A stretch of DNA of 63,514 nucleotides, the filler included, from Octopus bimaculoides (Eukaryota), in NCBI RefSeq assembly GCF_001194135.2. It is 5 parts of 5 records of this genome, joined end to end, with 100 filler letters (N's around TTAATTAATTAA, not from the genome) between each part and the next. Parts side by side here need not be neighbours in the genome. Positions count along the whole stretch, not along the records: positions 1 to 22,314 come from NC_068987.1; 4 more parts are not named here. One strand, given 5' to 3'. Within the stretch, counting starts at the first letter, position 1; each line of letters starts with the position of its first letter. The position numbers were made by a program, and so were the translations under genes. Positions 1 through 11,770 of this stretch are shown here, in pieces. Under the pieces are notes generated by a model. The model was not told the DNA's origin and made no database searches. It worked only from the letters and a program-made list of their open reading frames with translations.

Positions 1-169
1 AAAATATTTAAAAAAAATTATCTTCGTTAAAAGACCGCTTCCTTCAAATCTTCCACCGGTTCTTTTGCCTAATTCCATCGATGTTATTGGATTAGATTTG
101 TTTTTGTGTAGGGAGCCCGGTGTAGCACATCCATGTTATTCAGCCCGGTGCTTATCTTCAGCCCGGTGC

Positions 170-178
170 TTATTATTA

Positions 179-254
<76 letters not shown>

Positions 255-271
255 CATCATTATTATTATTA
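170..271. repeat. (TTA)n microsatellite, tail or target of the R4/Dong fragment
   Basis: Direct observation; it produces the poly-L and poly-N ORFs in the track. Confidence 0.95.
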
Positions 272-969
272 TATGTTAGACTTTTGCTTTGTATTTGTAC
301 AAGTTGACTCCAAGTCTCGTCCAGAGACCTCAAGAGACAACAAGTTAGAAGTTCATGTTGGTGTTATGCCTAGGGAGTCATATATTTGGTTTTGTATATA
401 GTGTTGTTCTAGAGAATGTTTAAGAAACATAAGAAAATTATGAGTTTGTTTTGAAAATTGAGATTACATAGCCAGTATTTTACGTAGGATATGGACAGTT
501 CCCATGAGCACTATCTTTTGAATTCCTGCCATTTTGGGGTTTCCTAGTATCTGAGCTACGTATGAATCAGCCCCTTTTGTTATGATTCCCAGGGCACCTA
601 TGACAACTGGTATTGTTTTAGTCTTGAGCTTCTACATTTTGCCAATTTCTATTTCAAGATCTTTATACTTGCTCAATTTTTGGTAGGTCTTGACAGATAC
701 ATTTTATATCGATTGGAGGTATGATTTTTGTCTGAAGTCTTTCAATATAGTGTCTGGCCTATTCGCATCTATCTCTCAGTTTGAATGGTGAAGTTCCAGA
801 GGAATGAGATGTGACCATTTTCAATCACTGGAGGTGATTTATGTTTCCACCAGTTTTTATCATGGGGCAAGTCCAGGTCTTTGCAAATTACCCAGTGAAT
901 ATAATGCCTGTTGCGATACTCTGTAGGCGCAAGAAGACTGCTCATGGAAACAACATGATCAATGGTTTC
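272..969 (-). mobile_element. 3' fragment of an R4/Dong-clade non-LTR retrotransposon (restriction-like endonuclease domain plus 3' UTR)
   Basis: The - strand, allowing frameshifts, reads ETIDHVV..HYIHWVICKDL..NRPD..KYKDLEIEI..KTIPVVIGALG..QKIVLMGTVHILRKILAM* (stop at 464-466). About 190 bp of 3' UTR follows and ends in a (TAA)n run. Confidence 0.85.
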
Positions 970-1029
970 ATTTTGTTTTTGATATACACGACATGTTGGG
1001 CTATTACCGTTCTTTAATATGTTGGCCTG

Positions 1030-1030
<1 letters not shown>

Positions 1031-1084
<54 letters not shown>

Positions 1085-1180
1085 GTCAAAATTAAAAGAA
1101 GAGGGCCATTGTCATCTAGTGAACGATATTACATTTCGTGTATCTTCAACAGGTTCAAAACATAATTTTGTCAATCTACT

Positions 1181-1233
<53 letters not shown>

Positions 1234-1289
1234 GTTATTGTTGTTGTTGTTGTTGTTGTTGTTTTTGTTTTTGTTGTTTTTGTTATTAG
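1031..1289. repeat. (TAT)n runs grading into (TGT)n and (TTTTGT)n
   Basis: Runs at 1031-1082 and about 1186-1289, seen directly. Confidence 0.9.
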
Positions 1290-3000
1290 TTCTTATTAGC
1301 AGCGCACTCAGCTAGCAAAAAAGTTATTTTCTGGTATATTATCTTCATTTTGATTGTTTGTAGTTCAAGATTATTTTTGGCATCTAACCGATTAGTGAGA
1401 GCATCTTGGTCATTTCACACGTTGCTCAAAACAAACTCGATAATCAACAGAATACCTAGAAAATGCTTGTAGATTATTTTCTGTTATAACTTGTGTTAAT
1501 GGTTAAAGCACCGGTAGAATATCCAGGTATGTATAGAATACTTAAGTTTCATATAGTGTTGATTACATATGTACCAAATACTTAATTACTCCAGTTTTAA
1601 TTTACAGATTTTAATGTAAAGAAGAATTACTTTGATTACAGACAGATTTTTTTCATATGCATATATATATATNNNNNNNNNNNNNNNNNNNNNNNNNNNN
1701 NNNNNNNNNNNNNNNNNNNNNNNNNNNNNNNNNNNNNNNNNNNNNNNNNNNNNNNNNNNNNNNNNNNNNNNNATATTGAAGATTTTCATTGCTATTGAAA
1801 ATGGCTCCCAGAAGAAAATACGTAAAGGCTTTAAAATAGGTTTCTATTTATGTGAGATAGTGCCAATTCTTAGTATATAAAGGTTATAAACAATTTATCT
1901 AACTTTAATATTTCACTGTTATATGTAAATATTTATCTTTGTAAAACTTGATTTCGAGTTTACAACTTCAAAAAATATGTAAAACACATTTAGTCAAATT
2001 GGGATTATACGTTTTCATATTTCATCTTTCTTGACGATCTAATACAGTAAACGATTAAGTGAAAGGTCTCAAACTTTGCTTAAAAATAAACACAGCACTC
2101 AATAGCTTTATCATTAGAGTTGCATCGAAATCAGTTAAAATTGCTAACTAATAATTACGTAAGTTTTAATGTTAATAAAGGCTCATGAACAGTTATCGAA
2201 GACATTCCTGCTACAGGGTAGATAACCTTATTACAGTTACAAGAGTTATCTCCCCTGCAATATTTCCTCACTGTTGTGTGCATTTCTGGCAATTTGGGCT
2301 GTATATATATATATATATATATATATATGTTCTTTTATTTTCTTTCGTATATTTCAGTTATTAGACTGCGGCCATACTGAAGTAACGCGTTGGCGAATAT
2401 ATTTATTTATTTATTTAATTGAAATCTTCTGCATCAAAGTTAGTTTTTTTGTGCTTATCACTGTGTTGTAGGCAGTGAGTAGGCAGAAAAATTAAAGTTC
2501 TGAAAGGCAAAGTCGCTGATACCAACTTTTACCTTCGTTCTTGAGGGTCAATTAAATAAGTACCAGTCGAGTATACGGCACGATGTAATCGATTTACCTC
2601 CTTGCTAATGTTGCTGGCCGTGTCCCAAAATTTGAAGCCATTATTATGTTGTAGAGAAGCTACTTTAAATGAACGCATTTCGATTTAAGCCCCCACCCCC
2701 GCCCAAATCCAGCTGATCCCATAGGCTCCACAGAAGCTATTCCTTATTTTTACGAGTAAAAGGTACATAAAACTCTGTAATTCAATAGAGATAGCTCAAA
2801 TTCCTTTGGTATCTAATTCACATTTTATTAATCCGGTGACGATAAAACGAAGCACCGAAGCACGAATTAACATCTGCGATAGCAACATAAATCGGATTCT
2901 TATGACTTCTTAATACACTCTGTCTCTTCATATAGAATCTGTCTTGTACCTTAGCAATATGAATGTGCAGTCAAGTTAGCATTTACTAATTATACTTGTA

Positions 3001-3554
3001 AAATCGCAAGAGCCCCTTCGGTTACCAATAACCATTGGATTGTACCTAGAAAGATCACCTCCGAGGCACAAGTATGGGCAATGTTTATTCAGCGTGACAT
3101 AGTGTGACGAGGCTGGCCTTTGGAATTACAGGCACAACAGAAACAGGAAGTAAGAGTGAGAGAAAGTTGTGGTGCAAGAGTACAACAGGGTTCGTCGCCA
3201 TCCCTTGCCGGAGCCTCGTAGAGCTTTTAGGTGTTTTCGATCAATAAACACGCACAATGCCCGGTCTGGGAATCGAAACCGCGATCCTATAACCGCGAGT
3301 CCGCTGCCCTAACCACTGGGCCGTTGCACCTCCACATACATCATTGCTATTATGTTAAACAGTCGTATATCCAAGTTTGCACCAGTGACTTGGCATCAGT
3401 AACGTCGCAATTCCTTTCTACAGCCGAGTGAACTGATGCAACGTGAAATAAAGTGCTTAGCTCAAGAACACAACACACAGACTGAACCGGAAATCGAACT
3501 CACTATCTCATGATTGTGATCCCGATGCTCTAACCACTGAGCCACGCGCCTTCA
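3001..3554 (-). mobile_element. tRNA-headed CORE-type SINE (family B head, alternative tail) with a nested family-A SINE piece at 3087-3334
   Basis: Head revcomp tgaaggcgcgtggctcagtggttagagc at 3554, followed by a CORE-like tgtgttcttgagctaagcactttatttcacgttgc. A 14-bp direct repeat taattatacttgta lies at 2987-3000 and 3555-3568. Confidence 0.8.
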
Positions 3555-5101
3555 TAATTATACTTGTACTCGAAGGATATCTACCTTCTCAGAGAACATG
3601 ATCACCAGCCTGTATGGTTCCAATTTCGATGTCCTCGCCAGCCATTTATTTAAATTTTAACCAATGCTGAATAGGCCGTACATTGCAAATTTCATGAGTT
3701 AAAGACCCTCCTTTCAAAATGAGTAATGGAGCAATTAAATGGCTTTGGATATTGGAAGCAAAATATTAATTAATTAACTAATTTGATTTTCTAGGTTCTG
3801 TTATATAATCTCTACAAAGATTTTGATATAATTTCTTGTTCTTTGGATGACACAATATTTGATCAGCTGCTAATCAGAACTGCAAAGCATGATCTCCTAA
3901 TTATATTAATCAACAAAAGCGTGACTTCTTAATCTTTTTAAATTTCGCACGCTCTGTAAAGATCAAGTATCAGCCATTTTCCAACTCAGTGAAATGATGA
4001 CCCAGATCAAGGTCTGCATCCAAGACACTTCTCAAGTGGTATTATATGCAGTCACAGAGCAGTTTCTTGCTTCCCTGTTGTATCCCGATTTGTGTGTGTG
4101 TGTATTAATATATATATATATATANNNNNNNNNNNNNNNNNNNNNNNNNNNNNNNNNNNNNNNNNNNNNNNNNNNNNNNNNNNNNNNNNNNNNNNNNNNN
4201 NNNNNNNNNNNNNNNNNNNNNNNNNNNNNNNNNNNNNNNNNNNNNNNNNNNNNNNNNNNNNNNNNNNNNNNNNNNNNNNNNNNNNNNNNNNNNNNNNNNN
4301 NNNNNNNNNNNNNNNNNNNNNNNNNNNNNNNNNNNNNNNNNNNNNNNNNNNNNNNNNNNNNNNNNNNNNNNNNNNNNNNNNNNNNNNNNNNNNNNNNNNN
4401 NNNNNNNNNNNNNNNNNNNNNNNNNNNNNNNNNNNNNNNNNNNNNNNNNNNNNNNNNNNNNNNNNNNNNNNNNNNNNNNNNNNNNNNNNNNNNNNNNNNN
4501 NNNNNNNNNNNNNNNNNNNNNNNNNNNNNNNNNNNNNNNNNNNNNNNNNNNNNNNNNNNNNNNNNNNNNNNNNNNNNNNNNNNNNNNNNNNNNNNNNNNN
4601 NNNNNNNNNNNNNNNNNNNNNNNNNNNNNNNNNNNNNNNNNNNNNNNNNNNNNNNNNNNNNNNNNNNNNNNNNNNNNNNNNNNNNNNNNNNNNNNNNNNN
4701 NNNNNNNNNNNNNNNNNNNNNNNNNNNNNNNNNNNNNNNNNNNNNNNNNNNNNNNNNNNNNNNNNNNNNNNNNNNNNNNNNNNNNNNNNNNNNNNNNNNN
4801 NNNNNNNNNNNNNNNNNNNNNNNNNNNNNNNNNNNNNNNNNNNNNNNNNNNNNNNNNNNNNNNNNNNNNNNNNNNNNNNNNNNNNNNNNNNNNNNNNNNN
4901 NNNNNNNNNNNNNNNNNNNNNNNNNNNNNNNNNNNNNNNNNNNNNNNNNNNNNNNNNNNNNNNNNNNNNNNNNNNNNNNNNNNNNNNNNNNNNNNNNNNN
5001 NNNNNNNNNNNNNNNNNNNNNNNNNNNNNNNNNNNNNNNNNNNNNNNNNNNNNNNNNNNNNNNNNNNNNNNNNNNNNNNNNNNNNNNNNNNNNNNNNNNN
5101 N

Positions 5102-5140
<39 letters not shown>

Positions 5141-5149
5141 CATATATTG

Positions 5150-5678
5150 CATGGTGGTATGTTTTAGAAGTTCACTTTGCACCAGTTAGGTTCCGAGTTT
5201 CATTACGTTACATTGCATCGTGGGCAGATGTGATATATTTTTGTACCGCCTCGGGGCCATGCCATACCGCGTGAGTGAAACTGATTAGACGGGTTGTTGC
5301 ACATGTAATTCAAAAAGGACAGCCTTGCTACACACACACACACACACACTGTGTGACGCTGGTTCTACCTGAGAATTGCGCTAAGATTACGCGTGTGTGT
5401 TAAAAACTCAACCAGAAGCAGGGAATGCAGTAGAATGAACAACTGGATCCTGTTCGTCGAACGACAGAGAAACTCACACACACATACACACACGCATACA
5501 CACACACACATACATGTAGGCGCATATTTTTGTATGTGTGTATGTAGATACCAATTAAGTACCAGTTAGGTACTTGGGGTTGATTCAATGAACTGTTTCC
5601 ATTATCTCTAAATACTTTATAAACACAACTACCGATGCTGCAGATTAGCTGCGAGGAACCTCAAGTGTTTGTACTCTG

Positions 5679-5721
<43 letters not shown>

Positions 5722-5930
5722 CGCGCGCGCGTGTGTGCGAGTTTGTGTTTGTCTTTCAGTGCTTCATCGGTGTTAGATTGTTAATCTACGCCTAAAGCTG
5801 CGGTCCGGCAAAAAAAAAAAAAGGCTCCAAATAAATAAGCAATAGACTGAAAATAAGTGCTAATATCTATTTGATCAACTTAAGTATTTAGGGTGCTGCT
5901 CCAGCATGGCCGCTGAGCTCCAGTCTGATG
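5150..5930 (+). mobile_element. Degenerate SINE pieces (C-like head, A/B-type tail, C-type 3' half) interleaved with CA/TG microsatellites
   Basis: Partial similarity to the better copies at 11325-11770 and 5963-6276, for example gctccagcatggccg and agccttg..ctgtgtgacgctg. Confidence 0.5.
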
Positions 5931-5962
5931 CAAACATTCAGGCCAGTCCTATGTGATTTGAG

Positions 5963-6276
5963 TGAAGGCGCGTGGCTTAGTGGTTAGAGCATTCGGCTCA
6001 CGATCGTAAGGTCGTGAGTTCGATTCCCGGTGACGCGTTGTGTCAGTGAGCAAGACACTTCATTTCACATTGCTCCTGACAAAAATGAGTAGTACCTGTA
6101 TTTCAAAGAGCTGGCCTTGTCACACTCTGTATCAAGCTGAAACTCCCTGAGAACTACGTTAGGGGTACACGCGTCTGTGGATTGCTCAGTCACTTGCACG
6201 TAAATTTCACGAGCAAGCTGTCCCGTTGATTGTATCAGCTGGGACCCTCGTCGTTGTAACCGACGGAGTGCTCCTT
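5963..6276 (+). mobile_element. tRNA-derived CORE-type SINE, family B
   Basis: A box tggcttagtgg, B box gagttcgattcc, CORE-like tgagcaagacactt..tttcacattgctcc. 13-bp TSD tatgtgatttgag at 5950-5962 and 6277-6289. Confidence 0.9.
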
Positions 6277-6527
6277 TATGTGATTTGAGGATTTGAAGAT
6301 CACTTCCGCCCTTCCCTCCTACGAATTTCAGAGGCCCCGTAAATGTTTATAGCCACTATCGTCTGCCCTGACTAAAAAATTAGGATTAAGAAACGTGAAA
6401 TGAGTGTTAGGAATACATAAATCTGACAGATGTTAGCTAAGTAATGCACGATTTGATGGTTGACGAGAAGAACTTCATGGGTGTTTATATAGCTGTTTCC
6501 CCACTTTGCCTAATCTAACATCTATTT

Positions 6528-6712
6528 AAGGCGGTGAGCTGACAGAAGCTTTAACTGGTCGGACAAAATAGTGATATTTATGGCGGCTCTTTACATCCTG
6601 AGTTCAAATCTCGCTAAGGTCAGCTTTGCTTTCACCATTCCTTCGAGGTCGATAAAATATAATACCTGTCAAGTACTGAGGTCAATGTAATCGATTTATC
6701 CGCTCTGCTCTC
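6528..6712 (+). mobile_element. Degenerate SINE, family D
   Basis: aaggcggtgagctgacagaa..ctgagttcaaatc..gaggtcgataaaa..gatgtaatcgat matches the other D copies. Confidence 0.7.
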
Positions 6713-7934
6713 AAGCCTTGAACCCTGCAAAAGACCGATGTCCCGTTCATAGAAATGTGATCTCAGTCATTTACATGCCATGGAAATCACGTAACCGGTC
6801 TTATGAGTTCTATGAGTTCTATACAAAAATGACCTATCTTATTTTTCATGTAACACTGGTATGTTGTTGTTTTTGCTTTATTCTCTCGTCATATCTGATT
6901 AAGCAGGCACAGCCCTAAAATTCAAGATGTTTCTGCTTTACTATTCCATCTTCATGATGCATTTTATTCTACACTTTCTTTTAGGACAACAGGGTGGTTA
7001 TTATTTGAAGGTTATTTCGTTGCTAATTCTAGCATACGACACAACCATTCAGCAGTCTTTGCGTGGCCCGTTACTCTCGGAGCTGTGCACCTGACACATG
7101 AGTATTATCAAGTACGTGAGAGTGTGTCTCTATGAACCAGGGCAGATTGGTGCGTGTCTCTTAATAAATAACAGTACATGATCGTTATCAAGTACGTTAG
7201 TATTTATCTCTTCACAATCAACGCCAAACACTTTATTGTTATCAGAGTTCTAATACGGTATCTTAAATTTGATATGAGTGCCATAATACTTTTTACTATA
7301 ATTAAAGCAAGGATCTCATAGATAGTGGGTTCTACCCGCGACCCTATGGTGGTTTTTTTTGGTACCTATGCTCATATTATAACCAATACCCTCAAGAGGA
7401 TCATACAGATAAATTCGAATTCTTCAGTATTTTCTACAGGCGAAGGCATACCTGTTTTCTTTAAATCTTAAAAACAAAGAAAAAAAAACTATTTTGCTTT
7501 CCGTCGTAAATAAAATGTTTTTCTTTCCCTTCCGTATTGCCAATTATATTTTGTTTGTTAGGTCTTTTATTTTCCCTCATGACGAAACTCAGTATGTTAT
7601 AAATGGGAAAATGAAAAGAAAAACAAAAGAAATTCATAAAAGAAATTCGTAATCACAAAATTAAGCAATTATAGCGTTGCAGCTTCCAAAAGGCTGATAG
7701 AAAAGAAATAACGGTGCGACCCACCGAAAGATCAGGTAGGTCTTGCAAACATACTATCAAGGTCGCCCGGGAAACCAACGTGTTAAGAACTTGGGTGGAT
7801 GTTACTATCTCGTACATTATCGTGTGTGTCTCTTCAAATACCAAGACAGGCAATCATTCATCTTAGCTACATCGGTACTTATGTATTGGAATCTATTTAT
7901 TCGACGAAACACTTTAAAGTGGTGTCTCTACTTA

Positions 7935-8078
7935 GAAGAAAAGCAAAATAACAGAAGCATCGATGACAAATCAAAAATCAACAAGACCTGGCAGAGGAAA
8001 AGACACGCCAGATTCGAGAGCGGTGGATAAAAGTTGTCGATGGCCTATGCTCCATAGGGAAGGAAAAGATTAAGTAAG
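7935..8078 (+). mobile_element. RTE-clade LINE 3' end relic
   Basis: Translates with a frameshift as ..SIDDKSKINKTWQ..IRERWIKVVDGLCSIGKEKIK*, followed by a (TAAG) tail. This resembles typical RTE C-termini (W..L...AQ.R..W..VV.GLCS). Confidence 0.65.
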
Positions 8079-8250
8079 ACTGTGTCAGTGAATCATAGCC
8101 TTTCTCGTACTTAACAAGAATTAGAATGATCAAATTTGTCCCATAGACTTTCATTTAAGCTTTTCAGTTATTATTTCTTATCCAGCACCTACTTTAGTGT
8201 TGTACGGAAGAGTACATTTGGTTGAATCGTCACCCGTATATTACTTCTAG

Positions 8251-8630
8251 TGGAGGCGCAATGGCCCAGTGGTTAGGGCAGCGGACTCACGGTTATAGGA
8301 TCGCGGTTTCGATTCCCAGACCGGGTGTTGTGAGTGTTTATTGAGCGAAAACACCTAAAGCTCCACGAGGCTCTGGCAGGGGATGGTGGCGAACCCTGCT
8401 GTATCCTTTCACCACAACTTTCTCTCACTCTTACTTCTGTTTCTGTTGTGCCTGTAATTCAAGGGGTCAGCCTTGTCACACTGTGTCACGCTGAATATCC
8501 CCGAGAATTACGTTAAGGGTACACGTGTCTGTGGCGTGCTCAGCCACTTGCACGTTAATTTCACGAGGAGGCTGTTCCGTTGATCGGATCAGCTGGAACC
8601 CTTGACGTCGTAAGCGACGGAGTGCCAACA
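8251..8630 (+). mobile_element. tRNA-derived SINE, family A, full length
   Basis: Head tggaggcgcaatggcccagtggttagggcagcggactc..gtttcgattcc. Near-identical to 9704-10090 and shares its 3' tail with family B. Confidence 0.9.
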
Positions 8631-8713
8631 ATATTTCGTTGACTACAGATTGTTTTAAAATACGTCCAACAAAGATGAGATTCAGAATAGGAATCTACAA
8701 ACAACATAGTTAA

Positions 8714-8885
8714 GTATTGGTTCCAAATTTTGGTTCAAGCCCAGCAATTTGGTGGCGGAAGGGTAAGTGCTCAACTGGTACTTATTTTATCGACCTCGAA
8801 AAGCTGAAAGGCACACTGAAACTCGAGACAGGTGAAATGCCGTTAAATATTTTCCGCAGCTTGCTAACGATTCTACCAGCACGCA
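8714..8885 (-). mobile_element. Degenerate SINE, family D
   Basis: caactggtacttattttatcgacctcgaaaag..gaaaggca and gctaacgattctaccagc are the reverse complement of the D consensus. Confidence 0.7.
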
Positions 8886-9035
8886 GCCTTGAAAATAGTT
8901 ATTGTAAAATAGTTTAGTTTGGCACTTCGTTGTTTCTTCTGATTCTGCATTTGAGCGTGACTTTCACTGCTGTGTTACTTTTGAAAGAAATCATTTATAT
9001 ATTGTTCTTTCTTTTCCATGAATATTTGAAAACAG

Positions 9036-9106
9036 AAATCTCAGATGTCGAATAGCCTAGGGATGCATTTGTACTTCAAAAAGGAATTTTTGCAAATTAC
9101 AGGCAG
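9036..9106 (+). CDS. Exon of a PLP-dependent threonine/serine dehydratase-serine racemase family enzyme (L-threonine ammonia-lyase-like; resembles Drosophila CG8129/Srr): KSQMSNSLGMHLYFKKEFLQITG(S)
   Basis: Acceptor aacag at 9031-9035 and donor gtacgt at 9107. 71 nt, phase 0 to 2. Translation matches the family motif xYxKxExLQxTGS that precedes the PLP lysine, and joins in frame to the 12440 exon. Too short for the ORF track. Confidence 0.9.
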
Positions 9107-9435
9107 GTACGTACAGGTGACATTTCGGTTTAAGAATCGATTTTTATTTTTATAATTCTTATATGTTGACTTCTTCATTTACTCAGTTCAAAAACGAAAG
9201 GTTTACGCGTACTAACATATTTCAAATTTAATTTATGTTTTCATATATTATTCCTTTCGACTGATAAATTAACAAAGAAAAGCTAATTGCTCTGTAGATT
9301 AATTTCTTCTTTGTGCAGCTGTATGAAATCCACAATTTTCCATTATTTAATATTGATTTAAAGAAAAAATCTGTGCTGAGCATCTCAGTACAAAGTCAAA
9401 TCCAGTACACTGGATTTATTTCAATCATTTCTGTT

Positions 9436-9636
9436 ATAGGCACAAGACATAGAATTCGGGTGAAGAGGATTAGTCGATAAAATCGACTCCAGTACTCAAC
9501 TGGTACTTATTTTATCGATTACCGAGAAGATGAAAGGCAAAGTCGACCTCGGCGAAATTTGAACTCAGAACATGAAGACGGACGAAATAAGCATTTCCCT
9601 CATCATGCCAACGATCCTGCCACCTCGCCGCCTTCA
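9436..9636 (-). mobile_element. SINE, family D
   Basis: Reverse complement of aaggcggcgaggtggcag..ttctgagttcaaatttcgccgaggtcgactttgcctttcatc. Confidence 0.85.
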
Positions 9637-9703
9637 CTAGATTTATTATAATGCAGTGGAATGAATATAGCTGATTAGATTTACCCCCAAGTACTCAACA
9701 AGT

Positions 9704-10090
9704 GTGGAGGCGCAATGGCCCAGTGGTTAGGGCAGCGGACTCGCGGTCATAAGATCGCGGTTTCAATTCCCAGACCGGGCATTGTGAGTGTTTATTGAGC
9801 GAAAACACCTAAAGCTCCACGAGGCTCTGGCAGGGGATGGTGGCGAACCCTGCTGAATTCTTTCACTACAACTTTCTCTCACTCTTACTTCCTGTTTCTG
9901 TTGTGCCTGTAATTCAAAGGGCCAACCTTGTCACACTATGTCACGCTGAATATCCCCGAGAACTACGTTAAGGGTACACGTGTCTGTGGAGTGCTCAGCC
10001 ACTTGCACATTAATTTCACGAGCAGGCTGTTCCGTTGGTCGGATCAACTGGAACCCTCGATGTCGTAAGCAACAGAGTGCCAGCAAGCAA
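9704..10090 (+). mobile_element. tRNA-derived SINE, family A, with TSD
   Basis: Full-length copy with a 12-bp TSD tactcaacaagt at 9692-9703 and 10091-10102. Confidence 0.92.
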
Positions 10091-10119
10091 TACTCAACAA
10101 GTATTCATCTCACCAATCA

Positions 10120-10445
10120 TGAAGGCACGTCGCTTAGTGTTTAGGGTGTTTGCCTCACGATCGTAAGGTCGTGATTTCGATTTCCGGCAGGGCGATCTGT
10201 CCTTGAGCAAGACACTTTATTTCACGTTGTTCCAGCTCATTCAGCTGGAAAAAATGAGTTGTACCTGTAATTCAAAGGGCCGGCTTTGTCATATTCTATC
10301 TCACGCTGAATCTCCCTATGAATTATGTTAAGGGTACGTGCGTCTGTGGAGGAGTGCTTAGCCACTTGCACGTTAATTTAACGAAGTGGCTGTCCCGTTG
10401 ATCAGACCAACTGGAACCATCGTGGTCGTAATCAACGGAGTATCA
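10120..10445 (+). mobile_element. CORE-type SINE, family B
   Basis: tgaaggcacgtcgcttagtg..tgtccttgagcaagacactttatttcacgttg, plus the shared A/B tail. Confidence 0.85.
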
Positions 10446-10451
10446 GTAGTA

Positions 10452-10830
10452 GTATTTTATCAATCTCAGAGGAAGGAAAGCAAAGTCGATCTAGGTGGGA
10501 TTTGAACTTAGAGCGTAAAGTGCCACAACTAAAGCGATTTCTAATTTCGGCACAAGACCAGCAATTTTTGAGGTTAATGGGTCTTCGGTTATATCAACCA
10601 AAGTACTTGACTGGTATTTAATTAACCTCAAAAGGATGAAAAGCAAAATTAACCATGGCGACATTTGAGCATAGAAGGTCAAGAAGGTAAATAACGTCTC
10701 GGGGTCCTAGGAACTCAACGAAAGTGAATCTCCCAGCCAAATATTCTTTTCTACTCTAGGCACAAGGCTCGAAAGTGCCAGTCACTCGCAAGGTTACTCA
10801 TTTACAGTTAAGCGGACAGGAACAAAGTGA
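10452..10830 (-). mobile_element. Degenerate SINE D pieces and a D-tail/CORE chimera
   Basis: gcaaagtcgatctaggtgggatttgaact, ggcacaagaccagcaattt and ctactctaggcacaagg motifs. Confidence 0.55.
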
Positions 10831-11324
10831 AACGAAGAAAAAAACATTAAAAAAAAAATTATTACTCTACTTGCTTTATTAATTAGTGGAAAAGTCTGTA
10901 GAAATGATAGACAAAATACCTTGTAGTATTTATCCCTGCTTTGTGTTGAGATCCCTCCAAGCTCGACTTGGCCTTCCGTTTCCTCGATATGATAAATAAA
11001 GTGTCAACATAGGGCGGTGAACAGGCAAGATTGTCAGAATGTTGCATGGAATGCTTTGTGGCATTTCTTTCGGCTCTTTGCCTTCTGAGTTCAAATCCCA
11101 CCATGGCCTACTTCAGTGGTAATTTTAATTCACCGTCTGGTTTTATTTCACTACATGCTTCATGAATGCCTTGAGCGGAGTTAGCTCGGCCAAAAACATT
11201 TTTGTCAGACATCCGGTTTGAGGATACAACCCTCCATCTCACCAGTCACAGAAACCTAGGAAAATAAGACAAAGACACTGCCAACCCTCTTGTTTAATCA
11301 ATAAAAAGAGTATTATGAAATATA

Positions 11325-11486
11325 GGCGTAGGAGTGGCTATGTGGTAAGTAGCTTGCTTACCAACCACATGGTTCCGGGTTCAGTCCCACTGCGTGGCAC
11401 CTTGGGCAAGTGTCTTCTACTATAGCCTAGGGCCGACCAAAGCCTTGTGAGTGGATTTGGTAGACGGAAACTGAAAGAAGCCTGTC

Positions 11487-11540
<54 letters not shown>

Positions 11541-11770
11541 ATATATGTGTGTGTATGTTTGTCTGTATTTGTCCCCCACCCCCACATCACTTGACAACCG
11601 ATGCTGGTGTGTTTACGTCTCCGTAAATTAGCGGTTCGGCAAAAGAGATCCGATAGAATAAGTACTAGCTTTACAAAGAATAAATCCTGGGGTCGATTTG
11701 CTCAACTAAATGCGGTGCTCCAGCATGGCCGCAGTCAAATGACAGAAACAAGTAAAAGAGTAAAAGAGTA
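11325..11770 (+). mobile_element. tRNA-derived SINE, family C, with internal (TA)n(TG)n microsatellite
   Basis: Head ggcgtaggagtggctatgtggtaag..gggttcagtccc, CORE-like ggcaccttgggcaagtgtctt, and tail ..gctccagcatggccgcagtcaaatgac..(aaaagagt)2. Partial copies of the tail occur elsewhere in the window. Confidence 0.85.

Noticed and set aside
6915-6960. IQDVSA resembling the FQDVSAAA N-terminal motif
   Set aside because: There is no acceptor, and the following residues do not match the family.
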